From Dicyema japonicum (Eukaryota; Animalia; Dicyemida), in NCBI GenBank assembly GCA_011109175.1, contig RDEW01000070.1, positions 1-64,000 on the forward strand: 64,000 nucleotides of DNA. Reading direction: 5' to 3'. Below, in pieces: positions 11,056 to 24,156 of the stretch. The notes under the pieces were generated by a model. The model was not told the DNA's origin. It made no database searches and saw only the letters and a list, made by a program, of their open reading frames with translations. The position numbers and the translations under genes were made by a program. Numbering within the stretch: position 1 is the first letter of the stretch; each line of letters begins with the position of its first letter.

Positions 11056-14000
11056 AATTTAAAATATAATTTCATTATTATTTTAAAATAAATTCAAATA
11101 ATAAAACGTCCCTAGTGAAGTAACACCAACATTAAAGGAAGTTGAAACGTTGTCTATCGTCTTACAGGAATTAAGGTTCAGTATAAAACTCATTTTAAAT
11201 AGATTGGTTCTTGTTTTTCCCTAGTGGCATTTAAGGCAGCAAAAATAGATTCGACCAAAGAACTAGAGAATTATATATCTGATTTTTAACCGTAGAAGGT
11301 ATCAAAATGAGGGAGTTAGAAGTTTCGTGAGGACATAGATACCGCTCTATGATGTTGCAGACTTCAAATGAGAGGACAGAAAACTTGAACAACCAAATGA
11401 GAGGACGAAGTGTCGCAATAATCCGAACGAAGTAACCTTTTTTATTTTATAACTTGGTTTTTTTCGCTTTTAGTTTATATGTTGCGTTTTTATTTCTGTT
11501 TACCGCCGCATTCATTGGATACGAACAGAGAGCAATTTTATGCGACTGGTCGTTCGCTCAAAGACAGACGTCTAACGAGAGGTCCAGATAGGATTTCTCC
11601 TCTTTCGCTTTGGCGATCGATCTGTCGCACGTAGCACGTTTCCTGTTGTGATGTTCAAAAACCAAAGAGCTGAATTCTTTTGGAAACGAAAAATTGCTCA
11701 CTTATTGTTCCACCAAAATCTATTCTTATTTGCGTGACTTGAGAGAAGACAAAGTACAGTCCCACTCCTGCTCTTAATTTTTCTTTCTGAGCTGTGTGTG
11801 GTTGTCCGTTTATCCGACATAACCGAATTCGTTTAGTGATTGTCCAACATGCATCTTCAGGTAACCTGAAAAACTTCCGCTTTAAGCGAAGAATCCTTAA
11901 ATTAGATCAGGATATCGCGGAGATGAACGTCTGCTCTATATCTCCCGTATACTGAAGTCAAGAAGAATAACGATCCTGTTATGAATCCAGGCCGCTATCT
12001 GCCTTACCTGTGTTACTACGAAGCCTTTGTGTTATCTCGAGATCGTCAGTGGTTGATGCTTCAAATATTTGCCTCTGAAATTCTAATTGAGACAAGTATT
12101 ACGTTGAAAATATTAACCTTCTACGAATGATTGTTATCACGGCTTGTATAAAGATGACATGGAGTGTTATATTATTGAAAAACCAATTTTGAATTCTTTC
12201 ATAGTTTTTCACTTTATTATTTTTGATTTCTTGAAAGCTACTCAATCTGAATTGGTTCATAAGGCATCTCAAAACGGTTAAGTCTTTATGACGGGTTCCA
12301 TAATCCTTTACCATAAGAACCAAAAAATTAATTATAAAATACTTTATCTCATGTCTAGAACATGCAAGTTTTTATAACTCTTGCAGAATGATAGGTTTCT
12401 GATATCGACTCTTGAGGCTTCTCCATTCATTTTCTCTCCGAAATATCTTTCATATTTTATTAATAGCTGTCCTGACTTGAGAAATCCTATTGGAGATACC
12501 TCCTTCTCTATTAAGTGGATACAGTCGATAATGGTTCCGATCTATACCGACACATCAAATTTGAGAAATACATCTTCAATGATGTCCGGGTTCAAGCTTA
12601 TATAAAGTTCCTGAAGAGATAGTCACTTCCAATATCCCACAAGGTCTTTGATATATTCCACATGGACAGGGAGTGGAGACGAAACAAAAAAAGTTTGTCC
12701 TCTCCATTATGACAGAAATAATTATTACTCTTCGAATTAAGATTGACTAATATGGTATAGAGATACTTGTTGTAGAACTGAGAGATCTCTGTAGAACATT
12801 CTCTAGATTCTTCGAGTATTGATCCCGACAAGTCGTGTGAGTATAGGATATTTGAAATTTTGATGGCTCCCATATTAGAGGTTACGAGATCTGTGCAAAC
12901 ATATTTCTGGACCATTCGCAAATGAAGGATCATGAAGGATCGACTTTGAATAATTCTCAAAATTGACTCTACCCTTATCAGTTTTATTGGCAAAAACTCA
13001 TGTTAAAGAACTTCTAGCCTTCGCCCTGTCCTCCTCAGCAGCTCCAGGAAAAAGGGACGTAATCAATGGCTTCTTTGCTACAGCTATTCGTTTTGTACTT
13101 TCTTAAAATCTTTTCTTCCTTAATATTTTTCACACGAGCCATTCTCCGAGAACTTTTACAAATAACATAACAACTTTAATAAGTCAGAACTGAAGAGTTA
13201 ACTAAAGGGTTTATTACACAGTCTTGCCTTCATCGTTTCGATACTTCGCATGAACCCATCTCCTTTATTATTAAACGCTAGTATCTCCAGAACCTATATG
13301 TCCAAAGATATAGGACCTTCTCCAGTTGGTTCTTCCCCAGTAGATCCAAATTCGCATGTAGGGTGGAGTAATTTGGGTACCAGGTCCAATGTGGAGAGAA
13401 TTCAAAGTCACTGAACCAGTAGGTCCAAATGCTGGTTGGTCCAGACGCCAATTGGTAAATTCAAACGTAAAATCGAACGAAAACTTATTAAACAAACGTA
13501 GGAGTTAGATTAGAGCTATTTTAATATTCCTACATCTATGGTCTGGACACTTCACAAGTCTTGATTTGGATCGAACGGGTGGTCCCTCGGGTGCAAACAA
13601 ACTGATAAGCATGCTAGTTTAACAGAGTCTCAAGAGTCCAAGCAAGCCGTTATAACAGTCAAACCCGTTAACCTGACTAAACCCGTAAAAAGAGCGTTTA
13701 AAGAAGGCCTGTTTTGAATCACTCAACTGAATGTGCAATTATTTATTTATTTAATAACCCGAAAAGGGAACACCAAGAAAGAAGGAGTAATCCAACTAAT
13801 TAAGTGATCCCAGTACGCCTCAACAGAATCGAGAGGTTTTTCCTGTGTTCCTCCAGATTACCACGGGAATGTGCAATAATAAAAGATCAACAATAACAAT
13901 TTATTAACAAAAAAGTTAAGGATATTAGTAATTAAGCGCAATAATTTTGACATATTAAAGCTTCAATTTAGGTCAGTGAATAATTTAATCAATAAATATT

Positions 14001-14263
14001 AATGGCTATCTACAAGTCAGAGGAAGATTACAAATGTATTTTTTTCATTTTAGTTAATCTCTCAATGTATTTCACTTTCATTGATTCATATAAGCTTGAT
14101 TGCTCTAAAAATAAGTGTGCTGATAGTCGTCTGGAAGAAATGGGAGAGGATCGTTTGTCTCGAAGCTGAATGGATTGATTAATGCAATTATCTTAATTAT
14201 GACTATTACTCATCAAAATAGAATATTTTATTAACCCAAATAGAATCCTGAAAATATCAATGA

Positions 14264-14756
14264 TTAACTTTTGTTATACTCTTCTACCAATTTGTTGGTT
14301 TTATCGAGCTCAGCGATTTTGTCGTGGTCACCAATGAACATTCCTTTAAAGAAAATCAACGGAACCTAAGATTTTTAAAATCAGACATACAGTCCGCTTC
14401 CCTGTGATTTTTTCCAGAACATCATTTATTTCATTTAATTTTGGTTCCTTGTCAATCACCCACTCAGTGTAATAGGGAATAGAGTCCACGTGTTTCTTCA
14501 ATATTTTTGCTGCCGCCGTAGAATACATACAATGTGATTTCGTCACAATAAGACTTTGTTTGTTATTATTTTACAGCTGACGAGTTGGGTCACATTTTTT
14601 GAATCTATAATTATTTAGAACTATTACAGTCACAGTTGTTACCTAAATTGATAAATGGACTGTACTTTGCATAAAAAGGTAAAAAATAATCAGGATGGCG
14701 GCAATTGAACCAATAATTAATTTTTTTACTGTTTTGTGGATAAAGCGAGATATCAT
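14264..14756 (-). CDS. Glutaredoxin with N-terminal signal anchor, CxxS (CMYS) active site; 3 micro-introns; one 1-nt frameshift in this assembly
   Basis: Introns at 14643-14665 (23 nt), 14605-14627 (23 nt) and 14366-14390 (25 nt) give MISRFIHKTVKKLIIGSIAAILIIFYLFMQ...LIVTKSHCMYS...LEKITGKRTVPLIFFKGMFIGDHDKI...*. Grx motifs TVP and IG.D are present. One base is missing near 14552 relative to the paralog. Confidence 0.8.
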
Positions 14757-14859
14757 GTCAATATTGAATTAATGAAATTTTAAATATTTATTCGAAATTA
14801 ATATTTAAAATTAAATTAATATTTATTTTAAGTTATAAATTTTAAAATAAAATATGTCA

Positions 14860-15000
14860 TCACTGGGTCACTCTCCCAGTGGTCCGCAACAAGGATCTTA
14901 ATATGATCGGTAAGGAATTGAAATGTACAGACGACTTAGAAAACTTACGGTCGCATGCCATAGACAGAGTCCACTGGAGTCGTCTAGTATTTGGGTCTTA
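14860..15000 (+). mobile_element. RTE-like LINE 3' fragment
   Basis: RVTLPVVRNKDLNMIGKELKCTDDLENLRSHAIDRVHWSRLV, paralogous to the C-termini at 21310-21450, 24240-24380 and 59340-59480. Confidence 0.55.
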
Positions 15001-16795
15001 AATTTGTGGCACAAACGGCACCTTAGATAATTTAATGTTCACTTATTCTGAGAACTTCCTTTTTATTAAATTCCCGGACATACCGAAACGGAAAAAATGG
15101 AGGGTTTTATCATTTTTGATATTTTTTACGGTATTGGCATTAAAATGACCATTATCGTTGGTTTCGAAGTTTGGTCTCTGACAGACAAACAATTGTTAAT
15201 TTTTTAAACTATGATTCCCGTGAAATTTGGCTAGAAAGAAGTTTCCGTTAAGGTTCAGTGATCAGTCCTTTATTATTCAACATTGAGTTGCCTTTTCAGG
15301 AATTGGCTGACGCTCACGAATCATAATTTGTGATGTCTCTTCAAACCCAATGCTATCGAGAGACAGTTGAAGCGACAAGAAAGAGATCGAAGATTAGTTC
15401 AATGGAAACTTTTAGTCTCACGAGAAGTCTGGTCTTTTAAGTGTTATAGAAAGAAGGACGTATAACCAAATTACTTGTTACCAGATATACCTCGAAAAGA
15501 AGACTGAAATAACTTGACCTCTTTTTATGAGTTTATGGAAAAGCGAAAACACGCAAGGAAAGCACGAGCGCTGTACGCTTGAGTCGGAGACCTTAATTAT
15601 GCTTCAACTCCGTGATTCTTCCATGAATGTTATATGGTTTTAAGGGATGGTATGACTCAAAAAAGAGGGTATCAAATCTCATAAATTTGAAAAAATAACG
15701 GAAATTTACTTTGAAGCTCACATAAGTGATAAATTTTCATGAGCAATTATTCTATGGTGGCAAGGTTGGTTGAATTATCGAGAATCTCTTCGATGATTCT
15801 ATGACTACAATAGACTATCTGGGAGTTATCTAAGATGATAACCATATAGTTGAGCTTCATCCAGGGGATATGTCGTGAGTAGAAGTTGGTTGTCAATTCC
15901 TGCAGCATAAGGACACCATGAAATATTTTTCTTGGCGAAAACTAATTTTAGGCGTGAAAAGATTCAGACAATTAGCATATTTTGATTTATATCATTTAGT
16001 TAGAAATAATTTGAAAATTGTTTTCCATAAACATGAGACTTGTGTTCTAGAAACGTCTATTTCTCATTCTCGGCTCTCATTTTTGTGATTGACATGTTTC
16101 CTCAACAGTGATTTCTATTGTTTTGGTTGTGAATGACATTTCTTAAATTTTAAGCAAACTCGTTGTTTTTCAAAGTGAAATCTGTTGATTAAAACTAAGT
16201 CTACTTATTCTTTCTCACCAAGCAGGATTCTTTAAAGAGGATGAACTCCAAGTCTATAGTGCGCGTACCGGTTTCTTTCACTAGGGGGACTTTTTTAGAA
16301 CTGATTATTCTTATCTATTGTCAATATTTTCTTCATTTTTCAAATCTTTCTTTTGTTTGTTTTCTGTCACGTATGGTAGAAGAGATCAAAACAAAAGGAT
16401 ATTTCTGGAAAAATATCAGACAATTCACATGAGAATTGTCACCGACTCTACCAACTGTGTGAGAAACTAACTATCCACACTTTCCATGAAAGAATTATTG
16501 ATCTGGTTATGAAAATCCGTTTGCGTCAGAATGTATCCACAAATTCCCTAGAAACGCTGAGGTTCAACTATTTATGTTTGGTTCTCCCTCAACGATTAGT
16601 CATAACAACTGCTCCTTACTTAAAGTATGTATCCTGTCTGGGAGAAGCTATAGCTAATATGGCTCATTGTAAGTGCAGTATTAATATAGGTTTGTCATTA
16701 ATCTTAAATTATTAATTTTAAATTTTCCAAATTATTAAATTATATTAATTTAAATTAATTATGATTATAAAATATTAATAAAAGAAGACCTATAA

Positions 16796-17661
16796 ATGAC
16801 TTTATTCTCGTGTGGATGTGAATTATTAATTATTTTTATGAGTCCTGTAATTCTACATCAAATGATATATACTAATTTCTTGATGAATCATTCAAATAAC
16901 TATATGAAGTCATGCTATCCTGTAGAATCAAGATCCATTGGTTGGAATGTAAAAAATGAATCATTTTTATTTGCGAATATAATCGTAAAATATAAAAAAG
17001 GGGATAATGTATTTTTACTTTAATTATTAGAAAATGAATTATATGTTGAATAAGGAAAATGCAAAATTACAAAGAATCTCATCACAAGATAAGATTGTTC
17101 TTGTTTTAATTTCACGAGATGTTAAAATATATTTCACATTTTGTTTAACGTCAGAAAAGATATATTACCCTGAGAAGATAGAGCTATCTATTTGTATTAC
17201 ACTTGTTCATTCTTAGATAATAATAATTACACGATTACACTCGATAAGCAAATTATTTATAAAACCAAAGATTATTACTGTCAAATGATTTATAAACTAT
17301 TTTCTGTGGATGTCTATCTCAAAATTTCATGTTTAAAAACCATAATAACCAATGGCGGAAAACCTAACAGATTTGGTAAAAATAGTTTTTATTTATTTTA
17401 GCGAAATTTTGTTCAAATTCGTCTGAAAATTTCTCTCCAAATATTAAGCATACTGAAATTGAATCTCAACCGTCTACTCAAGCGATAATTTCAAATATTA
17501 ATAATACTCCAATCAAAAGTAAGTCACCTAACCGAAAAGTGATAATCACCACTATTACTTTTTTCATATTTATTGCAATAATAATCATTGCCGGTGTTTA
17601 TTACAAGAGAAGGAGGGAAAGACCTATTCAACTTAGTAGAGATATATTACTTAAATTTTAA
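16796..17661 (+). CDS. LAMP-domain-like type I membrane protein, member A (intact)
   Basis: Introns at 17009-17030 (22 nt), 17194-17216 (23 nt) and 17376-17401 (26 nt) join three ORF-track fragments into one open frame. It has a hydrophobic N-terminus, W..KN....NI.VKY, KDYYCQ, an S/T/N-rich stalk, a TM segment (VIITTITFFIFIAIIIIAGVYY) and a basic short tail. The gene model is solid; the LAMP assignment is inference. Confidence 0.75.
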
Positions 17662-17739
17662 TATTTCATTTTAAATTTTTCATGGGTTTTTTTCCTAATT
17701 TTATCTTGTGCTTAATCTAAAATTGGACAATGTTAAAAT

Positions 17740-19060
17740 ATATTTGGAAACGAAATTTGTCTAATGTGCATGTGAATACTCGCTAATTGAATCAGGCTTG
17801 GAATTTTCTGGAGTTAGAATTTTCCAGACTGTTCATTGAAGGTCAGTAAGGGTTCTTCGATGTATCTGCGGTAGTGGATTTAACTAATGGAAAGGTTTGG
17901 TGGTAGGTCAAGCGATTGTTGATGATATTGTTAGCTCTTTATCTCAAAGTGGTCACCCAAAAACAGGATCTTTGACTCCCACTGTTAGTGGTGGGAGGCA
18001 ATTTAAACTTTCAATGCTCAATTTTGTACCTGCTGTAGTTTTTGTAAGCGGGAGAGCGATAAACCTCGAATCCAGTCTGGAGGGCATAATTCAGAGTCGT
18101 CCTGATGAATCGTTTTAAAAAAAGGTGATATACTTTTTTTTCTCGCCTATTCTAATGCCCAGCTAAAACTTGAAGGATATTGATTTTTGCTTTGCTTCAG
18201 TGCAAAATTGTTCTGAGTGTTTGTTAAAGCAGAGTTGTTAAACATGAGAATTTTTTCGATCTGGGGTAAATAGGGTTTTTGAAGTTTTCGACGTGGGTGG
18301 ATAGTCTCATCCAGTTTGATGGTTTGGACATTTTTTAGGTCATTTGGACATTTCTATTCTTGATGCAATTATAAGATCGTCGACGTAGGATAGAATAAAA
18401 CATTTTCTTAGTCATTGGAATGTAACTGAAGAGAAGATTAGAGTGAAGGGAAAAAACAGATCCCTGAGGAACTCAGTGTGGAGGTAACTAATCAGGACAC
18501 AGGGAAGTATAAACAAGTCCGACCTATTCGTCCAGAAAAAAATCGTGATCCAGGACAGCAAAACTGAGGATATTTGATGACACTCTTATTTTAGACACCA
18601 CATGAGAATTCGGTCAGCTACTTTTGCCAGGTCGATTGGAGCAAGAACAGTGTCACATGTATCGCTCGTGACGAATGGGCCACTAGTTACGTTTTTTGAA
18701 CTTGAAAAAGAAAATTGTTCCTGCACGTTCAATTCCTGGCTAGCCCTTGACGTCTGCTTGGAACACTGAAGCCGATGTGGTTGGATGGTCGACAGGAAAA
18801 CAATGCATACGCTCTCATGCAGACAGAGCGCCGGGAGATTCCCTTGTCACGCCATGTTAAACTCGACAGTTATCAGGGCTTCGAAGACGACGGGGTACTT
18901 GCCTAGTGGAACCCGTCGGTGTTGACAGAGGTGCTGGCAAGAGGCGGAGGTGTCTTGTCTGGGATTCAACTTAAACTTATAAATTAATTGAGAGATTAAA
19001 ATTAGTTGATGGTTCAAGGTTAGACAAACCACAGAAATGTAACAAGTCCCCATAGGTAAC
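17740..19060 (-). mobile_element. Degenerate LINE reverse transcriptase (Jockey/I-like)
   Basis: ILSYVDDLIIAS catalytic motif near 18370-18405, with a decayed PQG/SP.LF region upstream. Many frameshifts. Confidence 0.7.
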
Positions 19061-19124
19061 TGGTTGACACGTGAAGGTTAGTAAAATTGACGGTCGTAAA
19101 TTATTAACGTTCAAAAATCAAGAA

Positions 19125-19984
19125 TTAATTACTAATTAAAGGTATATCTGAAGTATCTTCTCTGTGATTTAAATTGACATATATCATCACAAAAATTCCA
19201 AAAAAGAATGAAAGTACAAATCCAGCAATGATGAACCCGAATCGACTCAAAGTGTTAGATCTGTTCATTATTTCGCGGATCCGTTCATTGGTTGAATATT
19301 TAATCACTTTCACGTCATTAATTTTGATATTCCTTCTATCCACAAAATTTTTGCGTGAAAGTTTAATTACTTTGGCATTTTTTCGGCTATTTTTATTTTT
19401 CACACGTAGACAGTGCAATTATCGTCTAATATTAATTTGAAATAAACCCTTCCCAGTAAAATTCTGAATTTTGTCATTTCTCAAAAATTGAAATTTAAAA
19501 TTCCTAATTCTAAGAAAAAAGGAAAATTTTTAAAGCTCAACTCGGGGCATTTACAATATCCATTCCGCTTATGAGTCATGTTAACATTACGGCTGAGATA
19601 AGTATCTAATTAGACTCAATTGCTTACGGTTATCTCTACCAATTGATATTTGAGACATTTTAGCTTTATTCTGATCAACTTCGACTTTGAAAGCTAATTG
19701 AAAGTGATTCATTTCAAAATGTACAAAGGAGGTATTCATTTCACTTATTGAACTAACTCGTACATTTTGCCAAATATTATAGATTTAGGCTAAAATTATA
19801 TTTTGCATACTTTTCCCGCTTCTAAATAAATCAGCGATATATTTCCTTCGAGAATTGCTCCAGCGAAATTGTTGTTTTTAAAAATCCATGTATGTGAAAC
19901 AAGTTGTTGAATATTAAAGAAGTTTAAGTAAATGAAGATATCTAAGAAATAAAATCAATCTGTCAAACTAGTTAACTGGTTCAT
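19125..19984 (-). CDS. LAMP-domain-like type I membrane protein, member B (three 1-nt frameshifts in this assembly)
   Basis: MNQLT|27-nt intron|NIFIYL..HTWIFKNNNFAGAILEGNISLIYLEAGK|intron|...SRNVNMTHKRNGYCKCPEL...FQFLRND..|intron|basic stalk, TM FGFIIAGFVLSFFFGIFVMIYV, tail NHREDTSDIPLISN. Confidence 0.65.
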
Positions 19985-20009
19985 TAGACATACTAATAAT
20001 AATAAAGCC

Positions 20010-20326
20010 TTTTCACGAGAGCCAAAGTATTTTATAGCTCCGCATAGGCAGGACACACACTTTATTTAAGTAAAGAACGGTTAATTTTAACTAATCGTAG
20101 AGGGAGAACCAAGGAATGCTCTTCACTTCTTTGTTTTTTTCTTTTTCATGTGTGTATGTCCTTTTGACTATCCAGTTCCGCAGTGAATCTCCACTGATGA
20201 CGGTTTCACTCGTCAAACACATTCCGCATCGTATGCGTGGAACCTATCAGCAGGTGAACAGCAGCGAGATTCGAACCCGTAGCCTAAGCCACTTAAGCCC
20301 GACACCTAACCACTAAGCCATCCGGC
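20010..20326 (-). mobile_element. tRNA-derived SINE, full length
   Basis: The reverse complement starts GCCGGATGGCTTAGTGGTTAGG..GGGTTCGAATCTC with canonical A and B boxes. The body aligns with 9781-10064. Further fragments lie at about 10-55 (+), 2095-2170 (-), 26830-26890 (+), 27070-27190 (-) and 37265-37385 (-). Confidence 0.85.
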
Positions 20327-20699
20327 TTAGACATACTATTTAAAAATTATTTAAATTTAAAATAATTCATATAAAATTTATTTAATTTTTTATTGATAAA
20401 AATTAATTATCGGTAATTTTACTAAATATGATTGCTAACTTACTTAAACAATTTTAGAAAATACTGAATTTTCTCGTTCATGCAAAATCTTAACTTACTT
20501 TAACTAATTTTAAAAATACAGAATTTTCTCGTTCATGCCAAATCTAATTTATACGAAAGATCTGAAGAAAGAGTGAAGATTACAGCATCGCTTTTTCATT
20601 TGCTTTGACCCATATTTACACTGTTCTATTTTGAACGATCCGAGTAGCATTATTCGCATTTTCGAGCTCTTATCTCAAGGGCTTTTGACACAGTAAACA

Positions 20700-21460
20700 G
20701 AAGCAAGCTGATGAAGGTTATCGAAAAGATGCCAATCAAAAATCCATTTAATAAGCATGTTGGTGGACGACACCCGCCACGCAATCAAACTGTTAATGCA
20801 AACCAGAGAAATTCACTATTTACAAAGACATCAAGAAAATAGAGTTCTACAAAATTTATTCTCCGAATAGTTTTTATATATACATACCTGAAAAAACCGA
20901 ATAAAAATATGACACGAAAGATGAGACTGTCGGAATGTAAGAAACTGGAAATTTAAGTTACTCAGATCCTGTCTAACGACAAACCTACAAGAGCAGAAAC
21001 GCGTCTGAGAGTCCACAATGTTTTCGCAGTCCCAATTCTAATATATATTGCAACCACATGGGGATTATCAAATAATGACTTATTAAAATCTACTCTTTCG
21101 GCAGAAGTAAAATACGGGTGGTCATTGGTGGTCAATGGCCAAAAAGACCACCAACCGAACAATTACAAGATCAAGAAACTGTCCCAAATAATCATCAAAA
21201 AATCTATGGATACCTATCGGACACATACTACACCGCAACCCTACAACTCCAGCGAATATGCAATGGAAGTATATTTCACGAAAAAAACCCCAAAATTCAA
21301 GGGCAGGCAAGAATAACTCTCCCTGTTGTCCTTAACGCTGACCTAACAAAATCAATAGTAAACTCCTCACACAGATCTCGACAACCTACGAAAAAGGCAC
21401 GGAACAGAGAGCCTGAAAGAAATTAGTTGTCCAGATCTGTCAGGTGGACAAAAAATCATT
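20700..21460 (+). mobile_element. RTE-like LINE, RT C-terminal fragment
   Basis: NVFAVPILIY.ATTW, then AMEVYF...FKGR.RITLPVVLNADL and DLDNLRKKARNR. Frameshifted. Confidence 0.6.
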
Positions 21461-22423
21461 TCTCAAACAGTGCTTTTAATAATACTAATAAACTCACTCT
21501 AGACAACCATTATGAAAACTCTCGTCTGAGAATGAAGTGATGTCAGTAGAGTATAAAAACGAATAATGAAAAATCTTTCGTAGTGGATTGATTATTTCTT
21601 CAGGTGTTTTCGAAGTTGCTACTTAAACTACTGTCAACTTAGAAAACGAGATGATGACTGCATCATAATCTATGATGTCTCTTCAAGCACTATGGTATCT
21701 GAAAGAAGGATGAAAACGACAAGGAAGAGATCAAAGAGTGGTGCAATGGAAAGTTCCGGTCTGCTAAGAGTTATTGAAAGCTGGAGGATGACTAACCAAA
21801 GAGCTGTTGAAAGATATTCCTTGGAAGAAGACTGAAATACCTTGACCTCTTTATTGATGAGTTTATGGAACATACGAAAACACACAAGCAAAGACAAGCG
21901 CTCTGCTTGCGTAAGAATCTGAATCTGAAAATATCAAATTATTTTATACTCAAGAATTTCCAAAATTTTTCTAAAGCTAATGGTATCTCTTAAGTGCAAC
22001 CAAATTTACTAAAAATCTGTAATTATGTGTTTATAGTAAACAAATTACGTGAACCATCATATAAACTTCATATCTCTCAAATAATAATATTTGGGAAGTC
22101 GACGATATCTAGATTCCACTGCTCTCTCTAGATCTTAAAAAAATATCCGCAGATTTTATAATTTCGTATTATTTCTTATTTATATCCCGACAATGTACAG
22201 AGTCTCGTAAATACAGTGATCCAAAAGGTATTGTCTGGAAGATTGAAATAGAAGCCTAACTCATCGCCAAAGAACGAAATATTCTTTCGGTGAAATGAAG
22301 GAATTGATCTTTTTTAATTTCTCATGAGTTAGATGGATCCGATGAGGCCACTAAAGGTAAGAAAAGAATCTTTGATTAAGTAGCCTATAGTACCACATGA
22401 CACAAGAAGGTCAATCGAATATT

Positions 22424-22810
22424 TTATTTAACTCTTTTTTTTTCGAATTTTTTAATTTTATTTAAATAACATTTATTTAAATAAAAAGCACTTAATTTTA
22501 GGGAGCTTGCATGCCAATGCTGATTACTCTGACAATAGCTATCAATACGCTCTCGAAGCCATACAGTCTCATGTGGATTCCTGGTGATCGTCTGCTTGTG
22601 GGCAAGGATTTCTGACTTCTTACAGCAATAGGACAAACAAGTGACCTCCGAAATACTACATTACTTCTTTCTCTTATGATTCTCGGCTTCCTTGAAACAT
22701 GACCTGGGTCCGAAACTGAAGAGACAAAATTTTGGAGATAATGTATCAACGTAGCATCCCAAATCAGGTTCCGACTATTAACAAAAGAGAATGTTGTCAT
22801 CCCATCGGAA
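22424..22810 (-). mobile_element. CRE-clade retrotransposon 3' end, degenerate
   Basis: RNLIWDATLI..Y..NFVSSVSDPGH and ..HETVWLRERIDS, paralogous to 2322-2770. AT-rich tail. Confidence 0.75.
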
Positions 22811-23289
22811 CGTTTTCTATTCAGTGATTAAATTATAATGATAGCTAAAATCGAACAAAATTCTTTTAGAGGATTATTATGACATTAAGGATGCAACTAT
22901 CACAAGACAGGTCTTTTCGTAAACCCCACTTGTTCCTCCTTAGGGAGACTGATCCAAACCTTATCAACTGTGAAATTCTGACTCCTACATGCATTTTTAT
23001 TTTCGAAAATTCGCGTATCCGATATTTTGAGTCCATAAAAAAGAGAAACTGTAAAATATATCCACCTTGATGGAATGAATACATTAGGTGTACTAAAGCT
23101 ACGCCATTGTGCATGTGAGCTAGTGCTTAACTTTCCAACCACCGTTAAGACTTCGACTACCAGATTTTAGAAGAGGATCTTTTGTCTTGAAACTACCGAA
23201 AGGATTAATCCAGGGTTAATATTTATATACTGCACATCGAAATGAAATGATTTATTCCCGTCAACACCCCAATAAATTGAAACCAAAAA

Positions 23290-23762
23290 ATAAAAATATG
23301 TTATACAACTTGACCAGTTTATGACTTTCATCAAGTTGCACAATTTTGCCGTTGTCACCAATGAAATGTCCTTTGAAAAAATCAAAAATCAGACCAACGG
23401 TCCGCTTCTATGTGATTTTTTCCATAACATCCGTGATTTCCTTTAATTTTGGTTCCTTGTCAATTACCCATTCAGTGTAATGGGGAATTGATCTCCTATG
23501 ACGATTCAATACTTTCTTTACGTTCTTACAATACGAGCAACGTGATTTCGAGACGATTAATACCATACATGTCTTTATTTTGCTGCTGACGAGTTGAGTC
23601 ACATTTTGAGAATCTATAAATATTTAGGACTTTTGTGGCAGGTGTAACCTAAATTTATAAAATGGACGTACTTTGGGAGAAAGGGTAAGAAATCAGCAAA
23701 ATGGCGGCAATTAAACCAAGCAATATCGTTTTATAGTTATTTTGAATAAAGTCGAATATCAC
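23290..23762 (-). pseudogene. Glutaredoxin pseudogene (paralog of 14264-14756; CSYC motif)
   Basis: Colinear with the 14.5 kb copy. Start is GTG, a 3-nt deletion removes the intron-2 donor, there is an in-frame TAG after EKIT, and the intron-3 acceptor is deleted. Confidence 0.8.
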
Positions 23763-24156
23763 CTCAAAATGAATTAATGTGGTTTTAAATATTTATAAAA
23801 AAATTTATATTTAAATTAATTTTTAAATTTAAATTAGTTTAATTTTAACATTTCACTTGGCTTACTTGCCAAATAAATGACATAAAATTCGTTGAAATTA
23901 AAAAAACAGCACTTAAGTGAGAGACATAATACTTAAGCTCAGCATGGCAGACACTTATTTTATTTTTGAGAAAAAACAGCTAAGCTAACTAATCTGGGTC
24001 AACCAGTGTTCTTTTTTTATTTGTTGCTTTAAGTCCATGTAGACAATCAGACATCGCATTTGAAGTATCACTGTTTACGGCGTCACTCATCAAGCCAGAA
24101 AAAAGGAACAGTAGTTGAGATGGTAACATATTTTATAACACCATAACCTTCAAATT

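Noticed and set aside
10140-11091. Long ORFs of 293-311 aa (and 5045-5377) in the ORF track
   Set aside because: They consist almost entirely of X from N gaps.
20185-20260. CTGATGA in the SINE antisense strand as a hammerhead ribozyme core
   Set aside because: There is no GAAA after a stem II, and the cleavage-site base would be G. The geometry does not fit.
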